64,000 bases of DNA from an uncultured Gammaproteobacteria bacterium (GCA_964596525.1 CAZQUL010000001.1:332830-396829); one strand, 5' to 3'. Counted from the stretch's first letter, positions 27,788 to 37,970 are shown. The notes: a model not told the origin generated them from the letters alone. Translations and numbers: made by a program.

Positions 27788-29656
27788 GTGAAGGTGCCCA
27801 AGTTCAAGTTCCGGATGGATTATCTGATTCTGCTCTTGTTTGTGATCTCGCTCGGCCGTAGCACGTATGTCGAGATGTGGAAGTTACCACATAACTCATA
27901 TAACAATTTCAGCGAGCTGGCGGATGACATCCGCGCTGGAAAGGTCCTCAAGATAACGGTAGAGCCGAACCGCCTGACGGTCCAGAAGTCCGGCGGCGTA
28001 ACGAGGTTCCTCAGCAAGGATAACGATACGTTTGAAACGCTCTCCATGCGCTACAAGCTCGAGACATCGCATCTTGATCGGGTTACGATTGCTCACAAGG
28101 GCGAACGTGGCTGCGCGGCGTCGACGAGCGACGTGTTGTTTTCGCCGGGAGCGCTGCTCGCTCTCTACTTCTTATTCGGCCGTCGGTCTCCGTCGTCCGA
28201 GGAGAATAAGGAAGAGAAAGACGATGCTGGTGACGATAAGGACAAGAAAGAGAAGCCGCGCGGGTTGGAAGGGTTCTTCCAGCGCGTCAAGGAAGCTCTC
28301 AATCCCAAAGGAATCGAGATCGAAGAGGCGACCGAGTGTGCGACGACCTTCGCCGATGTGGCCGGTCTCGAGCCGGCCAAGGAGGAGCTCCGCGACATCA
28401 TCGTCTATATCAAGAATCCGGAGTCGTTCGAGCGCCACAACATCCGGCTGCCGCGTGGCATTCTCTTCACCGGCGATCCGGGGACGGGCAAGACGCTCCT
28501 CGCCCGTGCACTCGCCGGCGAGCTCAAGGCATCGTTTTTTACCACCAGCGGCTCGCAGTTCGTAGACGTGTTCGGCGGATTGGGAGCGCGCAACGTGCGT
28601 GATCTGTTCGCCCGGGCGCGGCAGGCCGTGGAACAGAAGAAACATCCGGCTGTTATCTTCATCGACGAGATCGATGCGGTCGGCGGCGCGCGTAGCGACA
28701 ATCCGTCGTTCCATCCGGAACGGGATCAGACGCTCAACCAGCTGCTCGTCGAGATGGATGGACTCAAGAAACAGGCGGGCATCATCGTGATCGCGGCCAC
28801 CAACCGGCCGGATATGCTCGACCCGGCACTCTTGCGACCTGGCCGTTTCGATCGCAAGATTCATCTCGAGCTCCCTGACCGGGCGGCGCGGTTCGATATC
28901 CTAACGATCCACGCCCGACAGAAGCCGCTCGCCCCAGACGTTTCGCTCCTCGACATCGCCGCTCGTACGGCTGGCGTGTCCGGCGCGCAGCTCGAGAGCC
29001 TGATGAACGAAGCCGGAATCCTCATGCTGCGCCAAAACGAGACGGTGATCACGAACGAGATGATCGCCGAAGCTACGGACAAGGTGCTCATGGGCGTCGG
29101 CAACGGTCGGATCCTCACGCCCGAAGAGCGCGAGCGTACGGCCTGCCACGAAGCCGGTCACACCCTCGTCGGGTATGCACTTGATCACTGCGATCCGGTG
29201 CGCCGCGTTTCCATCGTAGCGCGCGGCGAGGCCGGCGGCTTCACCATGGTCGCGCCCGAGCATGATGATCCGTCGCATACCAAGGAGCAGCTCGAGGATA
29301 TCCTGGCGATGACCATGGCCGGCTATGCCGCCGAGGTCAGTAAGTATGGCGAGAGCGGTCTCTCGACCGGCGCCGCAAGCGATCTCGAGCGGGCCGAGAA
29401 GCTGGCGTGGTACATGGTGACCACCTGGGGAATGAAGCGCGAGGTCAGTTTTTTCACCGATATCGAGCGCGCTTCCGAAGCGCGCATTCAGATGATCGAG
29501 AAGACGGTGAACGAACTACTCACCACTGCCTACGGTCGGGCGTTCGAGCTCCTCAAGAAGCACGAGCTCAAGTGGAAGAACGTGGCCGATGCTCTCATTG
29601 AGAAGGAAGTGCTGGATGAGGATGATCTCGAGCGGATGCTCGATCAGCTTGATTAG
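27788..29656 (+). CDS. ftsH: FtsH-like ATP-dependent zinc metalloprotease, paralog 2
   Basis: Two TMs, [18 protein letters not shown] motif, HEAGH, ASDL; SD AAGGAGG before GTG. Confidence 0.92.
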   Translation: MKVPKFKFRMDYLILLLFVISLGRSTYVEMWKLPHNSYNNFSELADDIRAGKVLKITVEPNRLTVQKSGGVTRFLSKDNDTFETLSMRYKLETSHLDRVTIAHKGERGCAASTSDVLFSPGALLALYFLFGRRSPSSEENKEEKDDAGDDKDKKEKPRGLEGFFQRVKEALNPKGIEIEEATECATTFADVAGLEPAKEELRDIIVYIKNPESFERHNIRLPRGILFTGDPGTGKTLLARALAGELKASFFTTSGSQFVDVFGGLGARNVRDLFARARQAVEQKKHPAVIFIDEIDAVGGARSDNPSFHPERDQTLNQLLVEMDGLKKQAGIIVIAATNRPDMLDPALLRPGRFDRKIHLELPDRAARFDILTIHARQKPLAPDVSLLDIAARTAGVSGAQLESLMNEAGILMLRQNETVITNEMIAEATDKVLMGVGNGRILTPEERERTACHEAGHTLVGYALDHCDPVRRVSIVARGEAGGFTMVAPEHDDPSHTKEQLEDILAMTMAGYAAEVSKYGESGLSTGAASDLERAEKLAWYMVTTWGMKREVSFFTDIERASEARIQMIEKTVNELLTTAYGRAFELLKKHELKWKNVADALIEKEVLDEDDLERMLDQLD

Positions 29657-29674
29657 CGCCTAGAGCACTCTTCG

Positions 29675-29715
29675 CAACCAACGCTTCGCTGTTATCAACG
29701 AGGCGTTTTTAATTT
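29675..29715 (+). terminator. Terminator duplicated after both ftsH paralogs (copy 2)
   Basis: CAACCAACGCTTCGCTG...AACGAGGCGTTTTTAATT. Confidence 0.8.
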
Positions 29716-29750
29716 CAAAAACAGCCGCCCGTGGGCGACTATTTGATGCG

Positions 29751-30608
29751 TCAGCGTGCGCGATGCAGCGCGTTCTGCAGGCGCCGATAAGTCTCATCCG
29801 AATCGGCTGCGATGATATCGGTATAGCCGTCCCGCTCGAACGTGGGATTGCTCCACGCGCCGCCGCCGAGGCTGGCCATCCAGGCGACCGCGCCCGTATC
29901 GATGAAATGTCGGCGGTTCTGCACAAGCCCGCACAGCTCGCCTTGGAGGAGCTGCGTGCTGTGGTGGCGGAACTGCGCAGGGTCGGTAATGTCTTGGTTA
30001 TCAATCACTTCAAGCCCGACGTATTCCAGCGCGTACCGTTCGGCGCTTGTAATTTTGGCGACGAGCACCAGATTGTTGCTCGGCACGATACGGTGCGTCT
30101 GCCAGATGTGGCCGCCCGGCATGGCGCCTGTCGTGGTGCAGTAGAGCGCCTGTTCGTTTTCGCCGATCCCAATGTAGCACACGTCGCGACAGGGAACGTA
30201 GACGATGGCGCCGAGATAGCGGTTGTCTTGGCGGATGGTGAGGATGACATCGAAGAGCGGTAGACCGTTCTGGAAATAGTACGTTCCGTTCACTGGGTCA
30301 AGCGTAACCTGGTACGGCTGCGATCCGCGCTTGTCGAAGATGGCGGAAATATCGTCATCCTCTTCGCCGTAAAACGAGCAATCGGAAAACTTCTGAAAAA
30401 TCATCGCGCCGAGAAAATTCTGCACGAGCCGGTCGGCGCGGGTCACGGCGTTCGCAAACGCGGTGCCGCCTTTGCCGGGGATGGCGAGGTCGGTGTGTTC
30501 GCAAAGAATCGGTTGGAGCTTTTGGGCGAGTTTGCCGGCACGCAGGATATCAGGGAGAAGAAGTTCGAGGGCGCGGCGGACTCCGATCGAGGCAATGCGG
30601 CTGTGCAT
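29751..30608 (-). CDS. Inositol monophosphatase/CysQ-family phosphatase
   Basis: VTRAD, GEED, LDPVNGT (canonical DP.DGT); SD AAGGA. Confidence 0.8.
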   Translation of the reverse strand: MHSRIASIGVRRALELLLPDILRAGKLAQKLQPILCEHTDLAIPGKGGTAFANAVTRADRLVQNFLGAMIFQKFSDCSFYGEEDDDISAIFDKRGSQPYQVTLDPVNGTYYFQNGLPLFDVILTIRQDNRYLGAIVYVPCRDVCYIGIGENEQALYCTTTGAMPGGHIWQTHRIVPSNNLVLVAKITSAERYALEYVGLEVIDNQDITDPAQFRHHSTQLLQGELCGLVQNRRHFIDTGAVAWMASLGGGAWSNPTFERDGYTDIIAADSDETYRRLQNALHRAR

Positions 30609-30808
30609 GGACTCTTCCTTTTTCAGGGTGCACCCGAACGAGCTGGTGTCGGATGTGTGATTAGTATAACGCAGGTTGAGAAAAAGGCTAGGCACATATG
30701 TATCCGCACGTCTTGCTTTTTTATTAGTTTTATAGTTAAGTAGCGCGTTCCGGCAGTGCCGGACACTGTTCCTGACAATTCAGGTCAAACTATAGGGGAG
30801 GAAGAGCC

Positions 30809-32029
30809 ATGTTCGATTCATTGAATACCGTGCGCGTTACGGCTAGCGCAGAGTGTTTACGCCAGCTTGAGAGCGAACTTGGTGCTTTGTTTCCGGGGCG
30901 CACTGTGCTAATCCGGCAGCTTGTCCTAGCGCTCTTGTGCCGCGAGCACGTGCTTATTTTCGGGCGTTACGGTGCAGCGAAATCCGATGTCGTTTCCGCG
31001 TTGTTCGGTGCCATTACCGGTAGCACGCAGTTCCGTATCGCGCTGACCAAGTCCATGACCGAAAGTCATGCGGTCGGCAACCCGGATTTTAAGGTGCTCA
31101 AAGAAACGGGCGTGATGCATCACCGAACCGATGAAGGGCTCTTTGTCGCACACCTCGCCGAACTCGATGAGTTCTTCGATGCTAACGATATACTGTTGCG
31201 CGCGTTTCTTAGGATTCTCAACGAGCGGCAGTTTTTGCGTGGCAAGCAATGCGTAGAGCTGCCGCTCCACACGGCAGTCGCAGCTACCAACGCCGATCCG
31301 CGGAAAAAGCGCGAATCGAACGAGCAGTACGATGCGATCATCGACCGCTTCTTGTTTATCGCGCCGGTTGCGTATTTGGCCGACAAGAAAGAGCGGGTGG
31401 TGATGTACCGCAAGCATTTGCGCGGTGGCAAACCTACAACCACGATCACCTGTGATGATGTAAAGTTTCTAAGCGGCGTGGTGAAGGAAAGAGTCATCGA
31501 CGTAAGCGATGAGGTGCTCGGCCTCTATGATGATGTTCTGACCGACTTTCTCGCGAACGATCCGGCGCAGAAGAATCTTGTGATGTCTGATCGTCGGCGC
31601 TGTAAGATGCTCGCGGTGATGCAGGCCGCGGCCATTCTCGAAGGGCGAATTGAGCTCGAGCCACACGACATTCTCGCGGTTGCTTACGCGCTTGATCCGG
31701 GCGGAAAAACCGGACAGGAAACAGTTGATGCTTTCAAGGCGAGGTGCCAGCCTAAAATCGAGAAGTTCCTTAAGGAGCGCCAGCCTGATGTGGTATTGCT
31801 CCAGCGCACTCTTTTGGAGACGATGCGCTCCCAGCTTTCTGTTACGGTTCCAAAGGATGCTGAGGGGCTTCTGCGGGTGCGACGAGAGCTGCTCGATCTG
31901 CAGAAGAAGTTTAACGATAGCGTAAAAGCTCCGTTGACCGAAAACGCCCTTTTGCACACGCAGGTAAAAACAGCGATCGAAAAAAAGCTGGCGGAAGTCG
32001 TGGTGGCAGTTGACGGTGGGGCCAAGTAA
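30809..32029 (+). CDS. MoxR/RavA-like AAA+ ATPase
   Basis: EHVLIFGRYGAAKS, LDEFF, ILNER, ATN, AIIDRF, SDRR; SD GGGAGG. Confidence 0.88.
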   Translation: MFDSLNTVRVTASAECLRQLESELGALFPGRTVLIRQLVLALLCREHVLIFGRYGAAKSDVVSALFGAITGSTQFRIALTKSMTESHAVGNPDFKVLKETGVMHHRTDEGLFVAHLAELDEFFDANDILLRAFLRILNERQFLRGKQCVELPLHTAVAATNADPRKKRESNEQYDAIIDRFLFIAPVAYLADKKERVVMYRKHLRGGKPTTTITCDDVKFLSGVVKERVIDVSDEVLGLYDDVLTDFLANDPAQKNLVMSDRRRCKMLAVMQAAAILEGRIELEPHDILAVAYALDPGGKTGQETVDAFKARCQPKIEKFLKERQPDVVLLQRTLLETMRSQLSVTVPKDAEGLLRVRRELLDLQKKFNDSVKAPLTENALLHTQVKTAIEKKLAEVVVAVDGGAK

Positions 32030-32030
32030 G

Positions 32031-33062
32031 ATGGGGCCTTTCATATATCTTGCCCTCGTTGCTTCGCTCTCAGTCATCTACCATTCCCGCCGGTATCTGC
32101 GCTCTCGCCGCCGCGAGCGGCTTCGTCTCTTGGAAGAACAGACGCGCATCAAAGTGCAACTCCTTCCTTCGCCGGCACCTGTGCGAACGGGTATCAACCA
32201 AGAGTCGGTTGCCCTTATCCTAAAAGGCGATCCTCTTTTGGCCCAGATCGCACTCGAAAAAAGCGGGTTAGGCCATCTGCGACCCGATGATGTGTTCGAT
32301 CGGTGGGAGGAACTCCTGCGCGTGATTCAGCAGATTCCCGAGCATATCTTCCAGATCCTGTACGTGGCGGTGACGCAGACCGAGGTCGACATCGACTGCC
32401 GACGGGTCCTAGAAAAAGTTCCGGTGCCGTTTCCAACGGGAGATGTGGAATTGGGACTCTGCCGCGATCCGAGCCGTCTGGCGGATGTACTCGTGGAAGA
32501 TCTGGCACTTGATGATGATGTATTCTACGCGCGTCTCGCTGCCGACGAGCTCCGGGTCTTTGATTACACGGAAACGCGCGCCGGGCGCAAAGTGATGTAC
32601 ATGCTCCTCGACGTATCGCCGTCGATGCAGGAGGCGCTCTTTGGCCGGTCGTACATGCGCCACATCTGGGCGCGCGGCGTAGCTATAAAGCAGCTTATTC
32701 AGGCGCTGCGCGGTGAGGCGACGTACTTTCTGCGCTATTTCGCGGGAGTGCCCGGGCGGCTCTACGAGGCTACCACCGTCCCTCAAGCCCAAGCCATTAT
32801 CAACAACCTGTTCGATCTGGGTTTTACCGAGTCCAACACCAACATCCAACAAGCGCTCGAAACGGCTGTTGAGGATATTCGCGAGCGGGAACACGCGTGC
32901 GCTCAAGCCGAGATCCTGCTTCTTTCGGATGGCGAAAGTCCCTTGGATACCCAGCTGCTCAAAAGGCAGTTCGGCAACCGTATTCGTCTCCACACCGTTC
33001 TTATTGGTAACGCCGATTCCGATCCGCTCAAAGAATTGAGTGTTTCGTACCTTAAATTGTAG
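32031..33062 (+). CDS. vWA-domain protein (ViaA-like) with N-terminal TM anchor
   Basis: MIDAS DVSPS, TNI..AL, LLSDGE; coupled to the ATPase stop. Confidence 0.85.
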   Translation: MGPFIYLALVASLSVIYHSRRYLRSRRRERLRLLEEQTRIKVQLLPSPAPVRTGINQESVALILKGDPLLAQIALEKSGLGHLRPDDVFDRWEELLRVIQQIPEHIFQILYVAVTQTEVDIDCRRVLEKVPVPFPTGDVELGLCRDPSRLADVLVEDLALDDDVFYARLAADELRVFDYTETRAGRKVMYMLLDVSPSMQEALFGRSYMRHIWARGVAIKQLIQALRGEATYFLRYFAGVPGRLYEATTVPQAQAIINNLFDLGFTESNTNIQQALETAVEDIREREHACAQAEILLLSDGESPLDTQLLKRQFGNRIRLHTVLIGNADSDPLKELSVSYLKL

Positions 33063-33227
33063 CTCCCTGCCGGCACTCTGTGCCGGTTTTATGTTTTCTT
33101 TATCATTGACAGGGTATGCTCAGTCCGGTAGCATCGGTATCCTGGGTTTCCCAAAGCCGCAGAGGGGAAATTTCCAGAGGGTGTGCATTCTCACCAGACG
33201 TAGTTTCTGGCAAAAAAGGAGCAGTCG

Positions 33228-34013
33228 ATGGACTTTGCCCGTTACCGCAAACGGCTCTCAACACTGCCGCTCTTACATCCGCGCCCGGAGGATATGGCAG
33301 CGCTCTGTCCGCATCTTTCTCCCGACGAAGCAGTGGCGGCGTTCAAAAGCGGCGCACGCGTGGGCCGCCCGCCGCTTAAGGCAACCGGGGCATTTCCGAC
33401 ACTCAAGTTTTATCCTGGTTGGGTCGATGACGCCGAAGGTGTTGTATATCCGCCGTGCATCGATCACAGTGTCGGACACTTCGAAAATCCGTGCGCTGCC
33501 CGTGCGCTCGCTTTTGCCCAAGAGCATTGGGGAGATCGGCTTATGACGCATTCGAGCTCCATGGAACGGCTAGCAGAATTCCGTATTCTTGAGCCTGTGG
33601 GAAGTAATCTGCAGGAGCCAGCACTAGAACATCCCCGACTTCTTTTCACACTCGGCGTGAGTTTGGTCGAAGATTGGGTTAATCTAAGTTCGCGTTGCGA
33701 CCTCACGCCGGAAATGGTGGACCGGGCGATTCTCGAGATGACGGTCGACCCACTCGAGTGGGAAGAGTTGCTCGGTGGCGCCGGAAGTTTCGTGCAGCTT
33801 AACTGTGCGCGTTGCGGCCACTATCTTTCGGACGAAGGTTGTCTTGGGTGCAAACAGTACTTTGCACTCCCGCGCGTTCCGAGCGGCGGAACCTTGCCGC
33901 TCTCACCTAAGATGGTGGCATACGTACAAAGCAACAAAGGCCATACTTTTCCGCAGGATCCATTGTTGGCATGGTCGCGACGAGCGTGCCAAAGCCACAG
34001 TATCCGCGCTTAA
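33228..34013 (+). CDS. Hypothetical protein with C-terminal zinc ribbon
   Basis: CARC...CLGC; SD AAGGAG; TTGACA-17-TAGCAT promoter. Confidence 0.7.
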   Translation: MDFARYRKRLSTLPLLHPRPEDMAALCPHLSPDEAVAAFKSGARVGRPPLKATGAFPTLKFYPGWVDDAEGVVYPPCIDHSVGHFENPCAARALAFAQEHWGDRLMTHSSSMERLAEFRILEPVGSNLQEPALEHPRLLFTLGVSLVEDWVNLSSRCDLTPEMVDRAILEMTVDPLEWEELLGGAGSFVQLNCARCGHYLSDEGCLGCKQYFALPRVPSGGTLPLSPKMVAYVQSNKGHTFPQDPLLAWSRRACQSHSIRA

Positions 34014-34093
34014 GCGCTACATTCCTTGCCGTTAAGGCAAGGAATTCGCTTTTATTGACACTTTTGGCACTCGTTCGTTACCATACCTCGACT

Positions 34094-34636
34094 ATGAAAC
34101 TCCTTGTTGGTCTCGGCAATCCGGGAAAAGAATACGAACGAACGCGTCACAACGCCGGTTTTTTGGTTGTTGATGAAGTAGTCAAAAAACACGCTGGTAG
34201 TTTTAAGTCGATGGACAAATGTTTTGCCGACGTAGCACGCATCCGCATAGGCGATACCGACGTGATTGTAGCCAAGCCGACTACGTTCATGAACCTTTCG
34301 GGTAAGGCGGTGCAAGCCATCATGGCGTATTACAAAATCGCACTGCCTGACGTTCTTATCGTGCATGATGAGAAAGATCTGCCGCTTGGGAGTTTTCGTA
34401 TCCACCATAACCGTGGCGCTGCGGGCCACAATGGTGTAGATTCGATTTTTGAAAGCCTGGCTACGCGCGCCTTCGATCGTCTGCGCGTTGGTGTTGGTCC
34501 TACCGAACCCAAGCCTTTTACCATCGTCGATTACGTTCTGGCACCATTTGGCGGCGAAGAACGGAAAGCCTTTGATGCATATCTGCCGACATTAGTGAGC
34601 GAGATAGAAACGTGGGTGAAAAAAAAGAAATCATGA
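34094..34636 (+). CDS. pth: Peptidyl-tRNA hydrolase
   Basis: GLGNPG..Y..TRHNAGF, KP.TFMNLSG, HDE.DL, GHNG. Confidence 0.97.
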   Translation: MKLLVGLGNPGKEYERTRHNAGFLVVDEVVKKHAGSFKSMDKCFADVARIRIGDTDVIVAKPTTFMNLSGKAVQAIMAYYKIALPDVLIVHDEKDLPLGSFRIHHNRGAAGHNGVDSIFESLATRAFDRLRVGVGPTEPKPFTIVDYVLAPFGGEERKAFDAYLPTLVSEIETWVKKKKS

Positions 34637-34710
34637 ACAACAGGAGGCAGGGATGGTTGTCTCGGTAGTGGCCAGGTGAAGTAGGTTTATTCTTTGCTGC
34701 CATATCTTGT

Positions 34711-35787
34711 ATGTCTCCTCTTGTTCACCTTGCTTTTTTTCCTGCATATACTCTTGCCCGCGCGCGCCGGCTTACGAAAATCACGGACGCTCTCCCGGCA
34801 TTAACCGAACTTACTTCGGCGGAGCTTATGCGTGCCGGGTGGGAAGAAGAGGTGCAGGCCTCTTTTTTTTCGTGGCTCAGAAAAAATCCGGCGGCGCAGT
34901 GCGAGGAGCAGCTTGTCCGCGCCGGAATTGCCGCGCTCGAGTTGTCTCACGTGGATTATCCATATCTGCTCAAACAGATTCCTGATGCGCCGCTCGTTGT
35001 ATTCGTGCGCGGTGACGTGAATAAACTTTCTTCGTCCGCGGTCGCGATTGTCGGCACGCGACGCATTACGCCCTACGGCCGCACTGCAACCGAGATCGTC
35101 ACTGCCGCCGCGGTTGAGTGCGGACTCGTTGCGGTAAGCGGGCTTGCGCTTGGAGTTGATGGCATGGTGCACGAGACGACGCTTAAAAAAGAGGGTGTCA
35201 CGGTGGCCGTTCTTGGTGGCGGCGTTGACGACGTGGCCATCTATCCGCGCGCACATTTCAATCTTGGGCAAGAAATCATCAAGCAGGGCGGAGCGATTAT
35301 GAGCGAATATCCGCCCGGTTTCAAACCGACGACCTATTCGTTTCCAGCGCGCAACCGCATCATCGCTGGCCTGACGCGCGCCACTATCGTCACCGAAGCG
35401 CCGCTCGAATCCGGGGCGCTCCTTACGGCGTATGCTGCGCTCGACTATAATCGCGACGTGCTCGCCGTGCCGCACCCCATTACCTCATCTGCCGGCGAAG
35501 GGTGCAATGCGCTCATCAAGCGTGGCGCCGGTATTTTTCGCTCGATCGACGATCTATCCGAAGCGTTCAATATCGAACGTCAGAGCGTTGGAGAAAAAAC
35601 CTCACACGTTTCGTTGTCTGATGAAGAGAAAGCTTTCATCGCGCTGCTTGGCACTACGCCGCTCCATATCGATCAGATCGTTAAACAAGCGGCGCGGCCG
35701 GCAGCGTTTGTTTCAACCATGCTCACCATGCTCGAACTCAAAGGCGTGGTACGTCATGCAGGCGGTATGAAGTATGGACGAATTTAG
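34711..35787 (+). CDS. dprA: DNA-processing protein DprA
   Basis: YP.LL.QI.DAP, AIVGTR, VSGLALGVD, FPARNRIIAG, C-terminal winged helix. Confidence 0.96.
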   Translation: MSPLVHLAFFPAYTLARARRLTKITDALPALTELTSAELMRAGWEEEVQASFFSWLRKNPAAQCEEQLVRAGIAALELSHVDYPYLLKQIPDAPLVVFVRGDVNKLSSSAVAIVGTRRITPYGRTATEIVTAAAVECGLVAVSGLALGVDGMVHETTLKKEGVTVAVLGGGVDDVAIYPRAHFNLGQEIIKQGGAIMSEYPPGFKPTTYSFPARNRIIAGLTRATIVTEAPLESGALLTAYAALDYNRDVLAVPHPITSSAGEGCNALIKRGAGIFRSIDDLSEAFNIERQSVGEKTSHVSLSDEEKAFIALLGTTPLHIDQIVKQAARPAAFVSTMLTMLELKGVVRHAGGMKYGRI

Positions 35788-35851
35788 TTGACCCCTTTTG
35801 AGGGGTCTGTTATAAAAGATGTGTAACGTTGTTTTTGTAAAGGAGGGCACC

Positions 35852-36076
35852 GTGAAGAGACGTAGCTTACTTGTTGGCTTATGTGCCGTGTGTTTAGCCG
35901 GCCCTTGTTCGGGGTCGAGTCCGAGCGATTCCCCGTTGCCGGCAGGAGTCACTTTGAGTGGTATTGATTACAACCAGCCGCTCAGCCAGATTCAAGCGCA
36001 GCATCCCAGTGAGGCGCCGACGGACGGAACGCAAGGCGGGCCTATTTCCACGCCCGGCGGCGACCGCGGCCGCTGA
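35852..36076 (+). CDS. Small exported protein, possibly a lipoprotein
   Basis: SD AAGGAGG before GTG; TTGACC-17-TATAAA promoter; hydrophobic Cys-containing N-terminus. Confidence 0.6.
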   Translation: MKRRSLLVGLCAVCLAGPCSGSSPSDSPLPAGVTLSGIDYNQPLSQIQAQHPSEAPTDGTQGGPISTPGGDRGR

Positions 36077-36144
36077 AGCGCACCCCTATATCTCTTCCTT
36101 TAATTTCTGGCGACGCCCTCGTCGCTTTTTTTGACCTTAGTGAT

Positions 36145-37416
36145 ATGCGCTCCTACATCGTCGATCTGCATGTCCATTCCAAATATTCGCGCGCCTGTTC
36201 CAAGAATCTCGAAATTCCTGCCATCGCTCAAGCGTGCGTAAAGAAAGGTATTAACATCATTTCTACCGGCGATGCTTTGCACCCTGCCTGGCTTACCCAT
36301 CTCAAAGAAACTTTAGTTGAGGATGCGCCAGGTATCTTTAAAGTCAAAGATGGCACTTCGCCGACGCGCTTTATCCTCGGCACCGAGGTCGCCTGCATCT
36401 ACAAGCACCGCGGCGCTACGCGTCGTCTGCATCTTTTATTGTTTTTTCCGTCGTTTGAAACTCTCGATACGGTGGTGGCCGAGCTCGTGAGACGAGGTTA
36501 TAACATTTCCTCCGATGGCCGCCCGATCCTTGGGCTCTCGGCAAAAGATTTGCTCCAACTCATGCTCGATATTGATGTGCGCTCAGTAATGATACCAGCG
36601 CATGCCTGGACGCCGTGGTTTGCGGTCTTCGGTTCCAAATCTGGTTACGATTCGCTCACGGATTGTTTTGAAGAGCTCACGCCGCATATTCGCGCTATCG
36701 AAACCGGTCTCTCGAGTGACCCGGTGATGAACCGTCGCTTATCTCTTCTCGACGACATTACCCTCATCTCCAACTCTGATGCGCACGGACTCGATAACTT
36801 GGGGCGCGAGGCGAACGTGCTTGCCTTTGAAAACGACGCCATGGTTACCTATGATGCAGTGATGAACGCTATCAAAGCGGGGGATAAGAAGCATTTTTTG
36901 TACACAATAGAGTTTTATCCGGAAGAAGGAAAGTATCATGCCGATGGCCACGCAGCCTGCAAGGTATCGCTCGCACCCGAAGAATCTTTTAAGCTTGATG
37001 GTCTGTGTCCGGTATGCAAAAAACCGCTCACCATCGGCGTACTCAACCGCGTGGCAAAACTCGCCGATCGCACGATCGAAGAAATTCCGACCGGAAAATT
37101 CATTCCTCACCGCTACATCGTTCCGCTGCGCGAAGTAATTGCGCAGGTGTACAACATCGGTGTCGCAAGTAAAAAAGTCGCTGCCGAGTATGAGCGCCTT
37201 ACATCTCGCGTCGCCGATGAGTTCACGCTTCTTCTCACAACGCCCATAGAGCAAATCCACGCTGAAGCGCTTGATGCACGCGTTGCTGATGCGGTTGATA
37301 ATATGCGTAACGGCAACGTCCGAGTCACGCCTGGCTACGACGGCATCTTTGGTGTTATCGAAGTGATTTCAAAAGGAGAAAAACTCCCGATGTACCGGCA
37401 GCAAAGCTTGCTATAG
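36145..37416 (+). CDS. Endonuclease Q-like PHP-domain protein (TIGR00375 family)
   Basis: DLHVHSKYSRACS, PAHAWTPW, ETGLSSD, SNSDAH, GKYH.DGH, PGYDG.FG. Confidence 0.9.
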   Translation: MRSYIVDLHVHSKYSRACSKNLEIPAIAQACVKKGINIISTGDALHPAWLTHLKETLVEDAPGIFKVKDGTSPTRFILGTEVACIYKHRGATRRLHLLLFFPSFETLDTVVAELVRRGYNISSDGRPILGLSAKDLLQLMLDIDVRSVMIPAHAWTPWFAVFGSKSGYDSLTDCFEELTPHIRAIETGLSSDPVMNRRLSLLDDITLISNSDAHGLDNLGREANVLAFENDAMVTYDAVMNAIKAGDKKHFLYTIEFYPEEGKYHADGHAACKVSLAPEESFKLDGLCPVCKKPLTIGVLNRVAKLADRTIEEIPTGKFIPHRYIVPLREVIAQVYNIGVASKKVAAEYERLTSRVADEFTLLLTTPIEQIHAEALDARVADAVDNMRNGNVRVTPGYDGIFGVIEVISKGEKLPMYRQQSLL

Positions 37417-37472
37417 GACTCATTTATTTAGAGCGATTAAAAAATCCTCGCCTCGCGGCAAGGATTTTTTAT

Positions 37473-37565
37473 TTATTTCCGTTTCGTGGTTTTTTTCTTG
37501 GCTTTCTTTTTCGTCGCTTTCTTTTTCATTGTCTTCTTCGCTGGTTTCTTTTTCTTAGTAGGCAT
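37473..37565 (-). CDS. 30-aa histone H1-like Lys-rich peptide (not in ORF track)
   Basis: MPTKKKKPAKKTMKKKATKKKAKKKTTKRK*; stop abuts a bidirectional terminator. Confidence 0.7.
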   Translation of the reverse strand: MPTKKKKPAKKTMKKKATKKKAKKKTTKRK

Positions 37566-37807
37566 ACAAATGATGCTTAAAGAACGTTGTGAAAGGTAAT
37601 GCGCAGTGGTGCGCATCGAGCTTTCAGAAGTGTTGAGGTTTTTTTACCGGACAAGCATGTCGGTAAAATTCGACCTTGTTGTGATTATTATAAAACGAAT
37701 CGCAAGATAAATAAATGTTTTTGCGCGAAAGTTATGCACAGGAGAAAAAATTTTGTGCGTCGGTAAATTTTTTTGGAATTATTTTCATCGAGCGTGTTTT
37801 TATTTTT

Positions 37808-37966
37808 TTCATTGTGAGGAAGTAATTAGACGACTGACAGCTTGTCCCGATTAGATCGGGAAAGCAATCTTCTAGTATTTCAGAACTCACTCTGATATCA
37901 AGGGGGTTGCCCGCCCGGCACGCCTTTGCTGCCATGGCGGACGGGCTTCACTGCACTCACACTGAC
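37808..37966. repeat. Palindromic intergenic repeat copy 5 (insert B left, insert A reversed right)
   Basis: TCATTGTGAG...TCCCGATTAGATCGGGA...CCCGCCCGGCACGCCTTTGCTGCCATGGCGGACGGG...CTCACACTGAC. Confidence 0.85.
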
Positions 37967-37970
37967 GTTG

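Noticed and set aside
25633-34013. Accessory block after tRNA-Ala (and 13686-15137 after tRNA-Arg) as an integrated island or prophage
   Set aside because: No integrase, phage genes or duplicated tRNA 3' end found by eye; the same gene class is scattered away from tRNAs too.
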